A DNA stretch of 64,000 bases from an uncultured Candidatus Entotheonella sp. (GTDB taxonomy: Bacteria; Tectomicrobia; Entotheonellia; Entotheonellales; Entotheonellaceae), in assembly GCA_965217185.1 (NCBI GenBank), contig OZ244252.1, positions 2,336,001 through 2,400,000 of the forward strand, read 5' to 3'. Of this stretch, positions 33,114-42,945 are shown one piece after another; position 1 is the stretch's first letter; each line of letters starts with the position of its first letter. The notes under the pieces are model-generated. The model was not told the origin of the DNA and did not search any database. It saw only the letters and a program-made list of their open reading frames with translations. A program made the translations under genes and the position numbers.

Positions 33114-34604
33114 CTACCCGGACCGCTGCAATTCGGCGAGCATCTCGCGGAAGCTGGCGAGGCCGGCTTCCAGGTTTTCGATGATCTCTTCGGCGAGGTC
33201 GTCAGGCTCGGGCAGGTTGTCCAGGTCCGTCAGGCTCTTGTCCTTGAGCCAGAAGACGTCGAGGCTGGTCTTGTCGCGGGCCGTCAGTTCCTCGTAGCTG
33301 TAGCTGCGCCAGCGGCCGTCCGGCGCCTCATGTTCGTCCCAGGTCGCCGTGCGCTGGTGCCGGTTCTGCGGGTTGTAGCAGCGCACGAAATCCGCCAGGT
33401 CCTCATAACGCAGCGGCTTCTTCTTCAGCGTGTGATGGATATTGGTGCGGTAGTCGTAGTACCAGACCCGCTTGGTCCAGGGGTGCGGGCTGGCTTCGTG
33501 GTTGTCGAAGAAGATCACGTTGGCCTTGACCCCTTGCGCGTAGAACACGCCGGTCGGCAGGCGCAGGATGGTGTGCAGGTCCGTGGTGTCCAGCAGCTTC
33601 TTGCGAATCGTCTCGCCGGCGCCGCCCTCGAACAGCACGTTGTCCGGCACGACGACGGCGGCGCGGCCGGTGGTTTTTAGCATGGTGCGAATGTGCTGCA
33701 CGAAATTGAGCTGCTTGTTCGCGGTGGTCGCCCAGAAGTCCTGCCGGTTGTAGGTCAGGTCGTCCCTTTCCTGTTCGCCCTCCTCGTTCGTGAAGCTCAT
33801 GGAGCTTTTCTTGCCAAAAGGCGGGTTCGCCAGCACGTAGTCAAAGCGCTGGCCGGCATCGGCCACCAGCGAATCGTTTGGCGAAATGGGCGCGCCGCCG
33901 TCGATCTCGCCGATGTTGTGCAGGAACATGTTCATCAGGCACAGCCGCCGCGTGTTGGCGACGATCTCGTTGCCGTGAAACGCCTCGTGCTTCAGGAACG
34001 CCTTCTGCTCCCGGTCGAGGCTGAAGTTGTCCGGGTTGGTGATGAAGTCGTAGGCGGCCAGAAAGAACCCGCCCGTGCCGCAGGCCGGGTCGGCGATGCG
34101 AGTGCCCGGTTCGGGCCGCACGCATTCCACCATGGCGCGGATAAGGGCGCGCGGCGTGAAATACTGGCCCGCGCCTGACTTGGTGTCTTCGGCGTTCTTC
34201 TCCAGGAGCCCCTCGTAAATGTCGCCCTTTACGTCGGCGCCCATGGTCACCCATTCGGTGTCGTCCACCATGTCGATCAGGCGGAACAGCTTGGCCGGGT
34301 CCTGGATCTTGTTCTGCGCCTTGGTGAAGATCTGGCCCAGCATGCCCGCCCGGGTCCCGAGCGTGCGCAGCAGGGTAACGTAGTGGCCTTCGAGTTCCGC
34401 GCCCCTTTTCGACTTCAGGCTCTGCCAGTTGAATTCGGCCGGGATGCCGACGTCGCGGTTGTACGGTGGCTTGGCGTACTCGTCGGCCATCTTGAGGAAG
34501 ATCAGATAGGTGAGCTGCTCCAGGTAGTCGCCATAGCTCACCCCGTCATCGCGCAGGGTGGTGCAGAAGCTCCAGACTTTGGAGACGATGGGAGCGGTGT
34601 TCAT
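33114..34604 (-). CDS. hsdM: Type I R-M methyltransferase subunit
   Basis: GAGQYFTPR, DPACGTGGF, LANPPFG. Confidence 0.95.
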   Translation of the reverse strand: MNTAPIVSKVWSFCTTLRDDGVSYGDYLEQLTYLIFLKMADEYAKPPYNRDVGIPAEFNWQSLKSKRGAELEGHYVTLLRTLGTRAGMLGQIFTKAQNKIQDPAKLFRLIDMVDDTEWVTMGADVKGDIYEGLLEKNAEDTKSGAGQYFTPRALIRAMVECVRPEPGTRIADPACGTGGFFLAAYDFITNPDNFSLDREQKAFLKHEAFHGNEIVANTRRLCLMNMFLHNIGEIDGGAPISPNDSLVADAGQRFDYVLANPPFGKKSSMSFTNEEGEQERDDLTYNRQDFWATTANKQLNFVQHIRTMLKTTGRAAVVVPDNVLFEGGAGETIRKKLLDTTDLHTILRLPTGVFYAQGVKANVIFFDNHEASPHPWTKRVWYYDYRTNIHHTLKKKPLRYEDLADFVRCYNPQNRHQRTATWDEHEAPDGRWRSYSYEELTARDKTSLDVFWLKDKSLTDLDNLPEPDDLAEEIIENLEAGLASFREMLAELQRSG

Positions 34605-36163
34605 GCAGACGAATCCTTCCCCATGGTTTGTCGAGCCAAGGCATCGCCGGCCGCGGTTCGCCGATAACGCTGGTTCCGGCTGGTCGGCTTGCCGGGGAGC
34701 GTCATTTCAATCAGGCCGGCTTCGAGGGCGGGCTTCAGATAGACAATGGTGAAGTGGTTCCGGTCTTTGAGTTGCAATGCTGCCTGGATTTGGGCGCGGC
34801 TCATCTTTCCGGTGAGGACAGCCACGAGTTGCTCGACGTGAGCGGTGACTTGTCCGGTATCTTGCGGGGTATCTTGTAGGGTGTCTTGCCCGGATGCCTC
34901 GTTAGCCGCCCGCTCGTGCATCGGCAGCCGGACCAGAAACCAGGTTCGGTCCTCGTCGCTCTCGAAGACCGGCTCCGGGGAGCCGTTCTGCTGCATGGCT
35001 CGCAGAATCTTGGGGACTCCGGTTGACCTGCCCTCGGCCAACTCGAGTTCCTTGAGAAACTCGCCAATTCGACGGTTGCGGTAGCGGCGGCTGACGGCTT
35101 GCCCGTTCTTGAAATCTTCCATGCGGATGGATCGGTCGGCGCCCGGAAAGCTCAAGATCACCAACTCTTCCGGGGTAATGCGGACCTCGACTGGCTCCCG
35201 TTCCTCGTACGAGCGGTGGTAGACCGCATTCACCAGTGCCTCTTCGATGGCCCCAATGGGAAAGTTCCAGAATCGCTCCGCTTCGGGCTTGTGTGGATGC
35301 TTGACGACCGTTTCCTTCAGGTAGTTCCGTCCGATGTAGCTGATCGCCTCGCTGAGGATGATCGACAGAGGGCCGCGAAACTCCTTCTCCTCGAAATGGT
35401 CTCCGCCAGGGCCATCCGGGAACCAGACAACATCAATCTGAGTTGCCGGAAAGAAGTCGTGCGGGCGGTCGTTAAAAAACAGCAAGCCGACGTTCTTGGG
35501 GAACATCGCTTCGGGAGGACCGCCGACGATGTTCATGCGTTGACCCAGGCTCTCAACCGAGAGACCGACCGCCTCAGAGGCGAGGTCGCTGCCGATGTCG
35601 CGCAGAAATTCCTGGATAAGCCGATGCGAAAGGTCATCAAGCGAAGCCGTCTGGCGATACCTGTCATCAAAGGGCACGGTGGCCGCCAGGCTGAGCAATT
35701 CGCGTTCATCGCGGCCTCTCGCACGGACCGTGCTGGTGTGTTTGCGAACGAAGTATGCCCACTCCGAGTGCCCCTTGGCGAGATTTACTTTGGCTTTGTA
35801 AGGACGGGTTTCGCCGCCAGGTGCCCAGAGCACGAGTAGGGTCCGGCCAGCAATATCGTAGGTCCCCATAAGCGGGTGGTAATAGGGCTGTATGGCCGAA
35901 TTGCCCAGGTTCAGCAGTTCCTTCTGGATCGCATCGATGGAATCTGGAGGAATGCCCTTGGGCGGCAGCACTGGGCGACCGTCGCGCTCCTCGACCCCCA
36001 ACACGATGTAACCGCCGCCCAGATTGTGGAAGTCGTTGGCGAAGGCGCAGATGGTGTGCAGCACTTTCTTCGGATTCCAACCAGCCTTGTACTCGATGCG
36101 CTCGCCTTCAATGGTGCGCTGGCGAAGCAGGTGGTTGATGTTGATGGGAAGTTTGCCGGTCAT
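34601..36163 (-). CDS. AlbA_2/Schlafen + HATPase_c_4 + wHTH protein
   Basis: IEYKA, ICAFAN..GGYIVLGV, EALVNAVYHRSY, YRNRRIG, C-terminal KPTSRNQRY. Confidence 0.8.
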   Translation of the reverse strand: MTGKLPININHLLRQRTIEGERIEYKAGWNPKKVLHTICAFANDFHNLGGGYIVLGVEERDGRPVLPPKGIPPDSIDAIQKELLNLGNSAIQPYYHPLMGTYDIAGRTLLVLWAPGGETRPYKAKVNLAKGHSEWAYFVRKHTSTVRARGRDERELLSLAATVPFDDRYRQTASLDDLSHRLIQEFLRDIGSDLASEAVGLSVESLGQRMNIVGGPPEAMFPKNVGLLFFNDRPHDFFPATQIDVVWFPDGPGGDHFEEKEFRGPLSIILSEAISYIGRNYLKETVVKHPHKPEAERFWNFPIGAIEEALVNAVYHRSYEEREPVEVRITPEELVILSFPGADRSIRMEDFKNGQAVSRRYRNRRIGEFLKELELAEGRSTGVPKILRAMQQNGSPEPVFESDEDRTWFLVRLPMHERAANEASGQDTLQDTPQDTGQVTAHVEQLVAVLTGKMSRAQIQAALQLKDRNHFTIVYLKPALEAGLIEMTLPGKPTSRNQRYRRTAAGDALARQTMGKDSSA

Positions 36164-37789
36164 GCTGTTGCCGCCGTGCGTCTGCGTTTTGCCCGCGTGT
36201 CGTTTTGAGGCCGCGCAGCTTTTGCGGCTCTGATGCGCTCGAGCAGGATGGATGCAGGCTCGTCATTCGGGTCCTGCGGGACGAGTTGGCCGGCAAAGGC
36301 TTTCTTCAAAACTGATTGGCGAAGAGCATCAGCCTTGAGTAGCTGTTTGTCGATTGTGCCTCTTTGATCTTCTATCACCGACAGAACAGCCTCAAGCTGA
36401 TCAACGAGGACTCGTTGTTCCTCTAACGAGCACAGGGGCACGACAAGGCTCTCAAGTGTGGCCAAGTTGATGTTCTTCTGTGCTGTTGCCGGTGCGTACC
36501 CCTCGATTCGTGTCCGCACCGACTTGATGAATAGCTCTACATATTCAGGCAAGACCAACGTCTTCGCAGCAGTGAACCCCACAACGCTGTCAGGGAAGCA
36601 ACCGTCAAATCCGAGAAAGGCCGTCTCGGCGATATTCGCGGCGATCGTGATACACAGCGTCCCTGCCGGCCAAAGCTTGCTTTGCTGAAAACCAAGTTCG
36701 CTGTAGGTCTGAGAATGTTCACGGATGATACGACCAGCCGCCTTGACTTCTGCCGTCTGGATGAAAGGATACGGCCCCCCGAAGAGTTCTGGCGCATTGC
36801 GTGGCCTGTGTTTCGACTTGCCCCGTCCCAGTTCACCCAGGTTGGCCAAGTAGGTGTAGGCGTAGCCCCCTGGCAACGGTGGAAGCTTTGCGAGAGCGTC
36901 GGAGCCCACTACAAGCAGGTCGGCCGCCTTTCTTTCCTGCTTGATGCGGGCGAGCAATTGCTCGGGCGTCTCAAGCGTGTCCTTGTTCTCTTCACGCCAC
37001 CGGGCCGTGAGTTTGCCTTCGAAGGCGTGCTTGAGCACGGCTTGGCGGTAGACATTGAGCTTCGCCCGCGCCGTCTTCAGGCTCTCGACGCCCTTGTCCA
37101 GTTCGGAAAACAGTTCTTCAATTTTTGCGACGATGCGACGTTGTTCGGCCAAGGGCGCAATAGGAATTCTGCTCCTCTTGAGGAACGCGTAATGTCTTGA
37201 ATACCCTCGGTCCGGTAAACGTAACGCCCTGCATGCGTAGTACGCGAAACGCTCGTCGATAATGATCGGCTGGAGTACCTTCACTCCATCGGCACCAGGC
37301 GCAAACCGAAATCCGACAAGTTTGAAGCATTTCGTATGGGTGTAAGTCCGAAATTGAGCGATTCTGAGGGGGTCTGGTACGGCTTGGGGACATGATTGAT
37401 GCGCGAGGTGACAAAGTGTCACGTAGGACGGTGGGTGATGGGCAGCACTCCTCTGGGGTATTGTTGGTTTATCTACAAAATTGGCGCACGGACGGGCCGC
37501 CTAACTGGTCAATTTGAGACCTACGCCCTTTCGTATGATCACCGAAAACTATCAGGGCACGATTCGGTTGGATAGCTTTTGCTTCGTCATTCGTGAATCC
37601 TCCGATCAAATCGACTCCCTGATCGACTACCGGGACCGTACCGGAAGAAAGGTATTGCTTCTGGGGTATTTTGAGACCCGAAAGAGAAATGTTCTCGAAT
37701 GCCTCTTCGAAGTCCATTTGCTCCCAATGCGGTGGGATATCCAGGGGCGGTGGCGCCCATTCATCCATATGAGAATCAGAATTATTCAT
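36160..37789 (-). pseudogene. hsdS: Type I R-M specificity subunit interrupted by a 191-bp MITE
   Basis: Two ORF halves join in frame as IVFGDHTK|CFKLVGFRFAPGADGVK after removing the insert and one TSD; PLAEQRRIVAKIEELFS; DPNDEPASILLERI. Confidence 0.9.
37338..37528. mobile_element. MITE (non-autonomous) with imperfect TIRs and 8-bp TSD
   Basis: TSD TTTCGTAT at 37330-37337 and 37529-37536; ends GGGTGTAAGTCCGAAATTGA and (reverse complement) GGGCGTAGGTCTCAAATTGA. Confidence 0.88.
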
Positions 37790-37790
37790 G

Positions 37791-37920
37791 TTACGCCGCC
37801 AGCACCTCGTTCAACTCATCAATCACGTCATCCATCCGGTCGCCGAAGAGCTTGTACATCTGCCCCAGGCCGCCCTTGCCATCAAACGGAGCCATGTCCA
37901 GGTCGTCGCGGCCCAGATGA
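37791..37920 (-). pseudogene. Duplicated 3' end of hsdR (diverged copy of 38672-38801)
   Basis: Encodes HLGRDDLDMAPFDGKGGLGQMYKLFGDRMDDVIDELNEVLAA*, nearly the same as the HsdR C-terminus. Confidence 0.92.
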
Positions 37921-37941
37921 CATATCGCCACCGGGTTGGCG

Positions 37942-38343
37942 CTACGGCTCAGCCGTGTTCGGCAATTGCAACGCGGCGACATCAAACGTGTAAACGGTGT
38001 CCAATCCATTGCCGAGAGTTGCCGTCTTCTGCGCCTTGTACACGATCAGGGCATCGGCGAAGTCTGCGTCTGTCTCACGATATGCCTGCAAGGCGCTCCA
38101 GATCACTTCATCATCCTCAAAGCGAACTTTGGGTTCTTGCAACAAGCTGTCGACGACGGCGATCAGGTCGGCCTTGGCCGCACAATACCGGCGTCCCATC
38201 AACGTCCACAACGTCTCCGCCAACACAACGTCCGTAATGAGAATGCGCGCCGCGCGTTCAAAAAGATGACGCGCTCTCTCAGCTTGCGCGTCGTCGTCTC
38301 TCAGGAGATAGCGGAGCAGAACATTGGTGTCGACCGCAATCAA
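37942..38343 (-). CDS. PIN-domain VapC toxin
   Basis: MIAVDTNVLLRYL, VLAETLW, DFADALI, TFD. Confidence 0.9.
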   Translation of the reverse strand: MIAVDTNVLLRYLLRDDDAQAERARHLFERAARILITDVVLAETLWTLMGRRYCAAKADLIAVVDSLLQEPKVRFEDDEVIWSALQAYRETDADFADALIVYKAQKTATLGNGLDTVYTFDVAALQLPNTAEP

Positions 38344-38576
38344 GGCGTGTATCCCCGCTTCCGTTCAATTGCGCCTTGACGCGACTGCTCATCGGAGACC
38401 GTCTCGTCCGCTCGAAGATGAGCGAGACATCCCCAGGCGCTGCCAGGCTGTTGGCGGACGATGGTGATGCGACCATTGGCAACGAAACTCCGACATTCGT
38501 CACCAGGCTCAATACCGGCCAATCGGCACTGATTGGCCGGTAAGGTGAGTTGGCGTTTGGCGCTGACTTTGGGCAT
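38340..38576 (-). CDS. AbrB/MazE-type antitoxin
   Basis: MPKVSAKRQLTLPA...GIEPGD; overlaps PIN start; GGGAGG RBS. Confidence 0.85.
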   Translation of the reverse strand: MPKVSAKRQLTLPANQCRLAGIEPGDECRSFVANGRITIVRQQPGSAWGCLAHLRADETVSDEQSRQGAIERKRGYTP

Positions 38577-38671
38577 TGTCGCCTCCCATGCACGTTGCAG
38601 ATTGACCATGGAATGGTATAGAACTCTTTACTTAACCTCAATATGTAAAGACAAACTGCGTCAGGGATGAC

Positions 38672-41440
38672 TCATGCCGCCAGCGCCTCGTTCAACTCGT
38701 CAATCACGTCCTCCATCCGGTCGCCGAAGAGCTTGTACATCTGCCCCATGCCGCCTTTGCCATCGAACGGCGCCATGTCCAGATCGTCGCGCTCCAGATG
38801 AAACGAAGTGACGATGTGGTCGCGGATCATGCGCAGCCAGTCCATCTGGGCCTCGTTGAACTTCTCGCCGCTGCCGCTGTGGTGCGTCATGATCCAATTC
38901 TGGAAATTGCGGCGCACGGTTTCCGAGTAGAGCGAGAACTTTTTGTCAATGCCGCAGGCGCGGCGGATCAACGCGACGAGCGCGGTCAGTTCGCGAACGG
39001 GCTGGGCGCCTTTGTAGTCGTCGAGCAGCGCATACGCCTGCCAGACGCGCAAGGGGGACAACCGGGGCTGGTCGTTCTTCAGCCTGTCAAACACCTCGCG
39101 GATCATGGCGAAGGTCAACTCGCGGCGGCGGTGCGGCTGGGCGTAGAAGATGGTCAGTGCTTCGATTTCATCGCGATTGGCTTCCAGATAGTGCTGGAAA
39201 TCCCGCGCCATGGCTTCGGCGTTCTCGTGCGCGTCGCCCTCCCACTCGGCGCGGAGCACCGTGTCCAGGCTTTCATGGTCAATGGTCTGTTCCTTGTCGC
39301 GGCGAATCGAGTCGATCAGCTCGATCAACTCGCCGTTGAACACGCCGGCCGCCTCGCCTACCAACAATTCCTGGGCCTTGTCGCTCGTGGCCGGTGACGG
39401 CTCGGCACCGTCGCGCACCGACCCAATCTCGCGCGCCTTCTCGTCGATCCGGTCCGGGTCAATGGCCGCCAACAGATTGCCGACGATGCCGGTTAGTTCG
39501 ACGCCGCCGGCCTGTTCCCGGATGCGCGCCTGCTCGGCGGGGTCGAGTTGCTGGCTGAGCCGGGCAAGGCGGCCGGCGAGGGAACTCACGGTGTCCTCGT
39601 CGTGCGCGCCCATCATCACGCCCATGGCGAGGTCCCGGAGCGGCACGGCGGGTTTGGTGATGAGCGGCTGGCTTGCGGTCTTGAGCGATTTGGTGACGCC
39701 GACCGCATCCACGATCACATAATGGGTCTTGCCGCTGACCGCGGAGGGCGAGACTTTCTTGAGGTCGTCGTGGTCGAGGGTGCGGGTGCCGCGGCCCTTC
39801 ATCTGCTCGAAATAGTTGCGGCTCCTCACGTCGCGCATGAACAGCAGGCATTCGAGCGGCTTGACGTCGGTGCCGGTGGCGACCATGTCCACGGTCACGG
39901 CGATGCGTGGGTAGTAGTCGTTGCGGAACTGGGCGAGGACGGATTTCGGGTCTTCCTCGGCCTTGTAGGTGACCTTCTTGCAGAACTCGTTGCTTTCGGC
40001 GAATTCCTCGCGCGCGATCTGGATAATGTCGTCGGCGTGGCTGTCGGTCTTGGCGAAGACGAGCGTTTTCGGAACTTCGGCGCGGCCGGGAAATATCTCC
40101 GGCAGCTTGTCGCGGAAGGTGCGGACGACGGTGCGAATCTGGTCCGGGTTGACGACGGAACGGTCAAGTTCCTTGCCGGTATAGACGACGGCCTCGTCCT
40201 GAATCTCCCAGCGCTTGCGGCGCGTCAGACGCTCCCGCCTCTCGACCTGTTGGTGCGCCCTGAGTTGACCGCCGCGCTGCGTCCTTTCCGTCTCAATGGC
40301 GTAGATTTCGTTGCCGACGTTGACGCCGTCGGCGACGGCTTGCTCGTGGCCGTATTCGCTGACGATGTTCTTGCTGAAGAATCCATAGGTGCGGTTGTCC
40401 GGCGTGGCCGTCAGGCCGACGAGATAGGCGTCGAAGTATTCCAGGACTTGGCGCCACAGGTTGTAGATCGAGCGGTGGCATTCGTCGATGATGATGAAGT
40501 CGAAGAACTCGGGCGGAATCTTCGGGTTATAGACGACCGGCTTCGGCTGTCTGATCTGCACCATCTCCGCCGGACTGATTTCCTCGGCGGCTTCGTCCAT
40601 GTCCTGGTCCCTCAGCAGCGCGTACATACGCTGGATAGTGCTGATGCAGACCTGGCTGTTCTTGGGGACGTAGGACGACCTGAGGCGCTGGACGCTGTAA
40701 AGCTCGATGAACTTGCGGTTGTCGTCACTGGGCACGTAGGCCATGAATTCCTGCTCGGCCTGTTCGCCCAGGTTCTTGGTGTCGACAAGGAAGAGGACGC
40801 GCTTGGCGTCGGCATGCTTGAGCAGCCGGTAGATCGAGGTGACGGCGGCGTAGGTCTTGCCCGAGCCGGTCGCCATTTGAATGAGGGCGCGCGGGCGGTC
40901 GTCTTGGAAGGATGCCTCCAGCCCCTCGATGGCGTTGACCTGGCACGTTCTCAATCCGGCAGGGTCCAGACTCGGCAGCGCCTGCAGCCGCGTGCGCAGC
41001 GTGGCCGGCCGGGAATGCCATTCCTGCATCGTCTCCGGCCGGGGGAAATGGAATACTTCCCGCGAGCGCGGTTTCGGGTCGCGCGTGTTGGTAAACCGCG
41101 TCAGCACGCCGGTGCTTTCGTACACGAATGGCAGCGGCTCTGAATGGTTCAGCCACTTCAGCCTGGCCGAGGCATAGGTGGCAGATTGCTCCTCGACCGT
41201 CGTGATGTTCTGACCCCGGTGATCCGGTTTGGCCTCGATGACCCCGACAGGCTTCTTGCCGACGAAAAGAACGTAATCGGCGGGGCCGGCGTCCGTCTGA
41301 TACTCACGAACAGCGACGCCGGGGCCGGCCCTGAAGTCGATCTTCTTGTTGCTCTGAACCACCCACCCCGCTTCGCGCAACATCCCGTCAATCACGTCCC
41401 GCGCTGCCTGCTCGGGTGTCTGGTTGGGATTCAACGTCAT
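38672..41440 (-). CDS. hsdR: Type I R-M restriction subunit (EcoEI R-like)
   Basis: ADYVL..GVIEAK, MATGSGKT, DECHRS, LTATP, QMKGRGTR. Confidence 0.94.
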   Translation of the reverse strand: MTLNPNQTPEQAARDVIDGMLREAGWVVQSNKKIDFRAGPGVAVREYQTDAGPADYVLFVGKKPVGVIEAKPDHRGQNITTVEEQSATYASARLKWLNHSEPLPFVYESTGVLTRFTNTRDPKPRSREVFHFPRPETMQEWHSRPATLRTRLQALPSLDPAGLRTCQVNAIEGLEASFQDDRPRALIQMATGSGKTYAAVTSIYRLLKHADAKRVLFLVDTKNLGEQAEQEFMAYVPSDDNRKFIELYSVQRLRSSYVPKNSQVCISTIQRMYALLRDQDMDEAAEEISPAEMVQIRQPKPVVYNPKIPPEFFDFIIIDECHRSIYNLWRQVLEYFDAYLVGLTATPDNRTYGFFSKNIVSEYGHEQAVADGVNVGNEIYAIETERTQRGGQLRAHQQVERRERLTRRKRWEIQDEAVVYTGKELDRSVVNPDQIRTVVRTFRDKLPEIFPGRAEVPKTLVFAKTDSHADDIIQIAREEFAESNEFCKKVTYKAEEDPKSVLAQFRNDYYPRIAVTVDMVATGTDVKPLECLLFMRDVRSRNYFEQMKGRGTRTLDHDDLKKVSPSAVSGKTHYVIVDAVGVTKSLKTASQPLITKPAVPLRDLAMGVMMGAHDEDTVSSLAGRLARLSQQLDPAEQARIREQAGGVELTGIVGNLLAAIDPDRIDEKAREIGSVRDGAEPSPATSDKAQELLVGEAAGVFNGELIELIDSIRRDKEQTIDHESLDTVLRAEWEGDAHENAEAMARDFQHYLEANRDEIEALTIFYAQPHRRRELTFAMIREVFDRLKNDQPRLSPLRVWQAYALLDDYKGAQPVRELTALVALIRRACGIDKKFSLYSETVRRNFQNWIMTHHSGSGEKFNEAQMDWLRMIRDHIVTSFHLERDDLDMAPFDGKGGMGQMYKLFGDRMEDVIDELNEALAA

Positions 41441-41515
41441 AGTCCGTCCTGCGCCTTTGGCTCAGAGTTGCTTGCGGCGTTATTCGCAAGCAACTCCCAA
41501 GGCCACTCAAAGATG

Positions 41516-41776
41516 TTATCGGGTCTTGCTTTGCGCTCGCACGTAGCTTTCGAGTACCTGGTTGATCCGCGTCTGATAGCCTTTTCCAGACGCTTTGAAA
41601 TAAGCTAGCACCGAGCGTTTGATACGCATGGTTACTTGCTCTGTGCGGTCGGGTTCGACGAGGTGGGCCTGGCGCCAAAAGGTGTCGTCCAGTTCAGGAA
41701 TGTCACTGAAATCAATGTCCTCGTCCTTTGTGGCTGCAATCTGTTCGGGTGTGAGGGGGCTATCGTAGCTGCTCAT
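41516..41776 (-). CDS. BrnA-family antitoxin
   Basis: DEDIDFSDIPEL...VTMRI..SVLAYFK..GKGYQTRINQVL. Confidence 0.88.
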   Translation of the reverse strand: MSSYDSPLTPEQIAATKDEDIDFSDIPELDDTFWRQAHLVEPDRTEQVTMRIKRSVLAYFKASGKGYQTRINQVLESYVRAQSKTR

Positions 41777-41873
41777 GGTAAGCCTGCCTTTCCTTGCGGG
41801 ACGCCGGACGAGCCGAGATCAGACGAATACGCCCGGCTCGGTCGGTATGAGCAACTATGGTAAGAACTGTCAC
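41760..41873 (-). pseudogene. BrnT toxin C-terminal remnant
   Basis: Manual translation VTVLTIVAHTDRAGRIRLISARPASRKERQAYHEQLR*; overlaps brnA start; N-terminus absent. Confidence 0.8.
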
Positions 41874-42945
41874 CGCTTGGTCGCATACTCAAGAAGAATT
41901 CTGCTGAAGTCGACGGGTGGAGTAATCGTCGATAACGGCTGTTATTCGATTCAGGATGGAAGTGAATTTCGAGAAGTCGATTTTGGAGGCGTTCCGCTTT
42001 ACAACCTCTGTGGCGAAGACAAATTTGCCGTATTCATCGCTAGAAAGGTTTTCACCGCGGGGGTTGAATTTCTTTCCCTTTATTTCTATGCGCTGAACCC
42101 AAGGTTCAAAGAAGTCCTCAATGCGGGACTCGCCACATGCACCTTGTTCGGGGGTTTTGACGAGGTATAGATTGTCGGTCACATGGTAAAAGGATTCCGA
42201 CGACTTCTGGCAAACGGAGATTTTGTAGGTTTGTCTAAACGCACTGAAGATATTCTTGGCACCGTCGTCATTGTCAATTAGCACAATAACCGGGTGCTGC
42301 AACGGTCGATGTTTGAAGCTTCGGATGTCCCCTCTGTATCCCGGTTTTTTCTTCCCTCTATGGCCGTGCAAAAAGAAGTAGACTAGATCACCGGTCCCCC
42401 CTTCCAGGTTCACAAGACGACACGCCTGATTGTCATAACTAAAGAACGCAACTGCACTCGTGAATGTGGTGCCATTCCATGAGCCAAGTTTGGGATGGAA
42501 CTCAGGCAGCCTTGGAATCGCGGATTTCAGATAGATGTTGTCCGTTTTGCCTTCGCATACGATGAGGGGACGTTCCAGGCGTACAAAATACTTATACTTG
42601 AGGAAGCGGGCGTAGAGCTTATGGGCCGCCGTTGGCTTCCCGCCTTTTTCTTTTTCCTCCGGGTCATCTATTGAGTCCTTGACGTGATGGATATGGCTAA
42701 GCATGCCTTCGATTGGTCCGAGGGATTCTATTGGTTGCCTTCCAGGATGAATTTTGTCCGGAGGCCGTTGGTATTCGCCCGTTTCAAAGAGCTTGTGGCA
42801 CATTGCGCGAGTCCATCGGTAGTATTCCGGTCGAATGTTGACTTTGGTGTTTACGATGAGGCCAGTAACGAGCTGCCTACTCATTTTGAACTGCATGCGC
42901 GTCTTTGTAGGGTTGATGGAAAAACCCGCGCCTTCAATTGCATTA

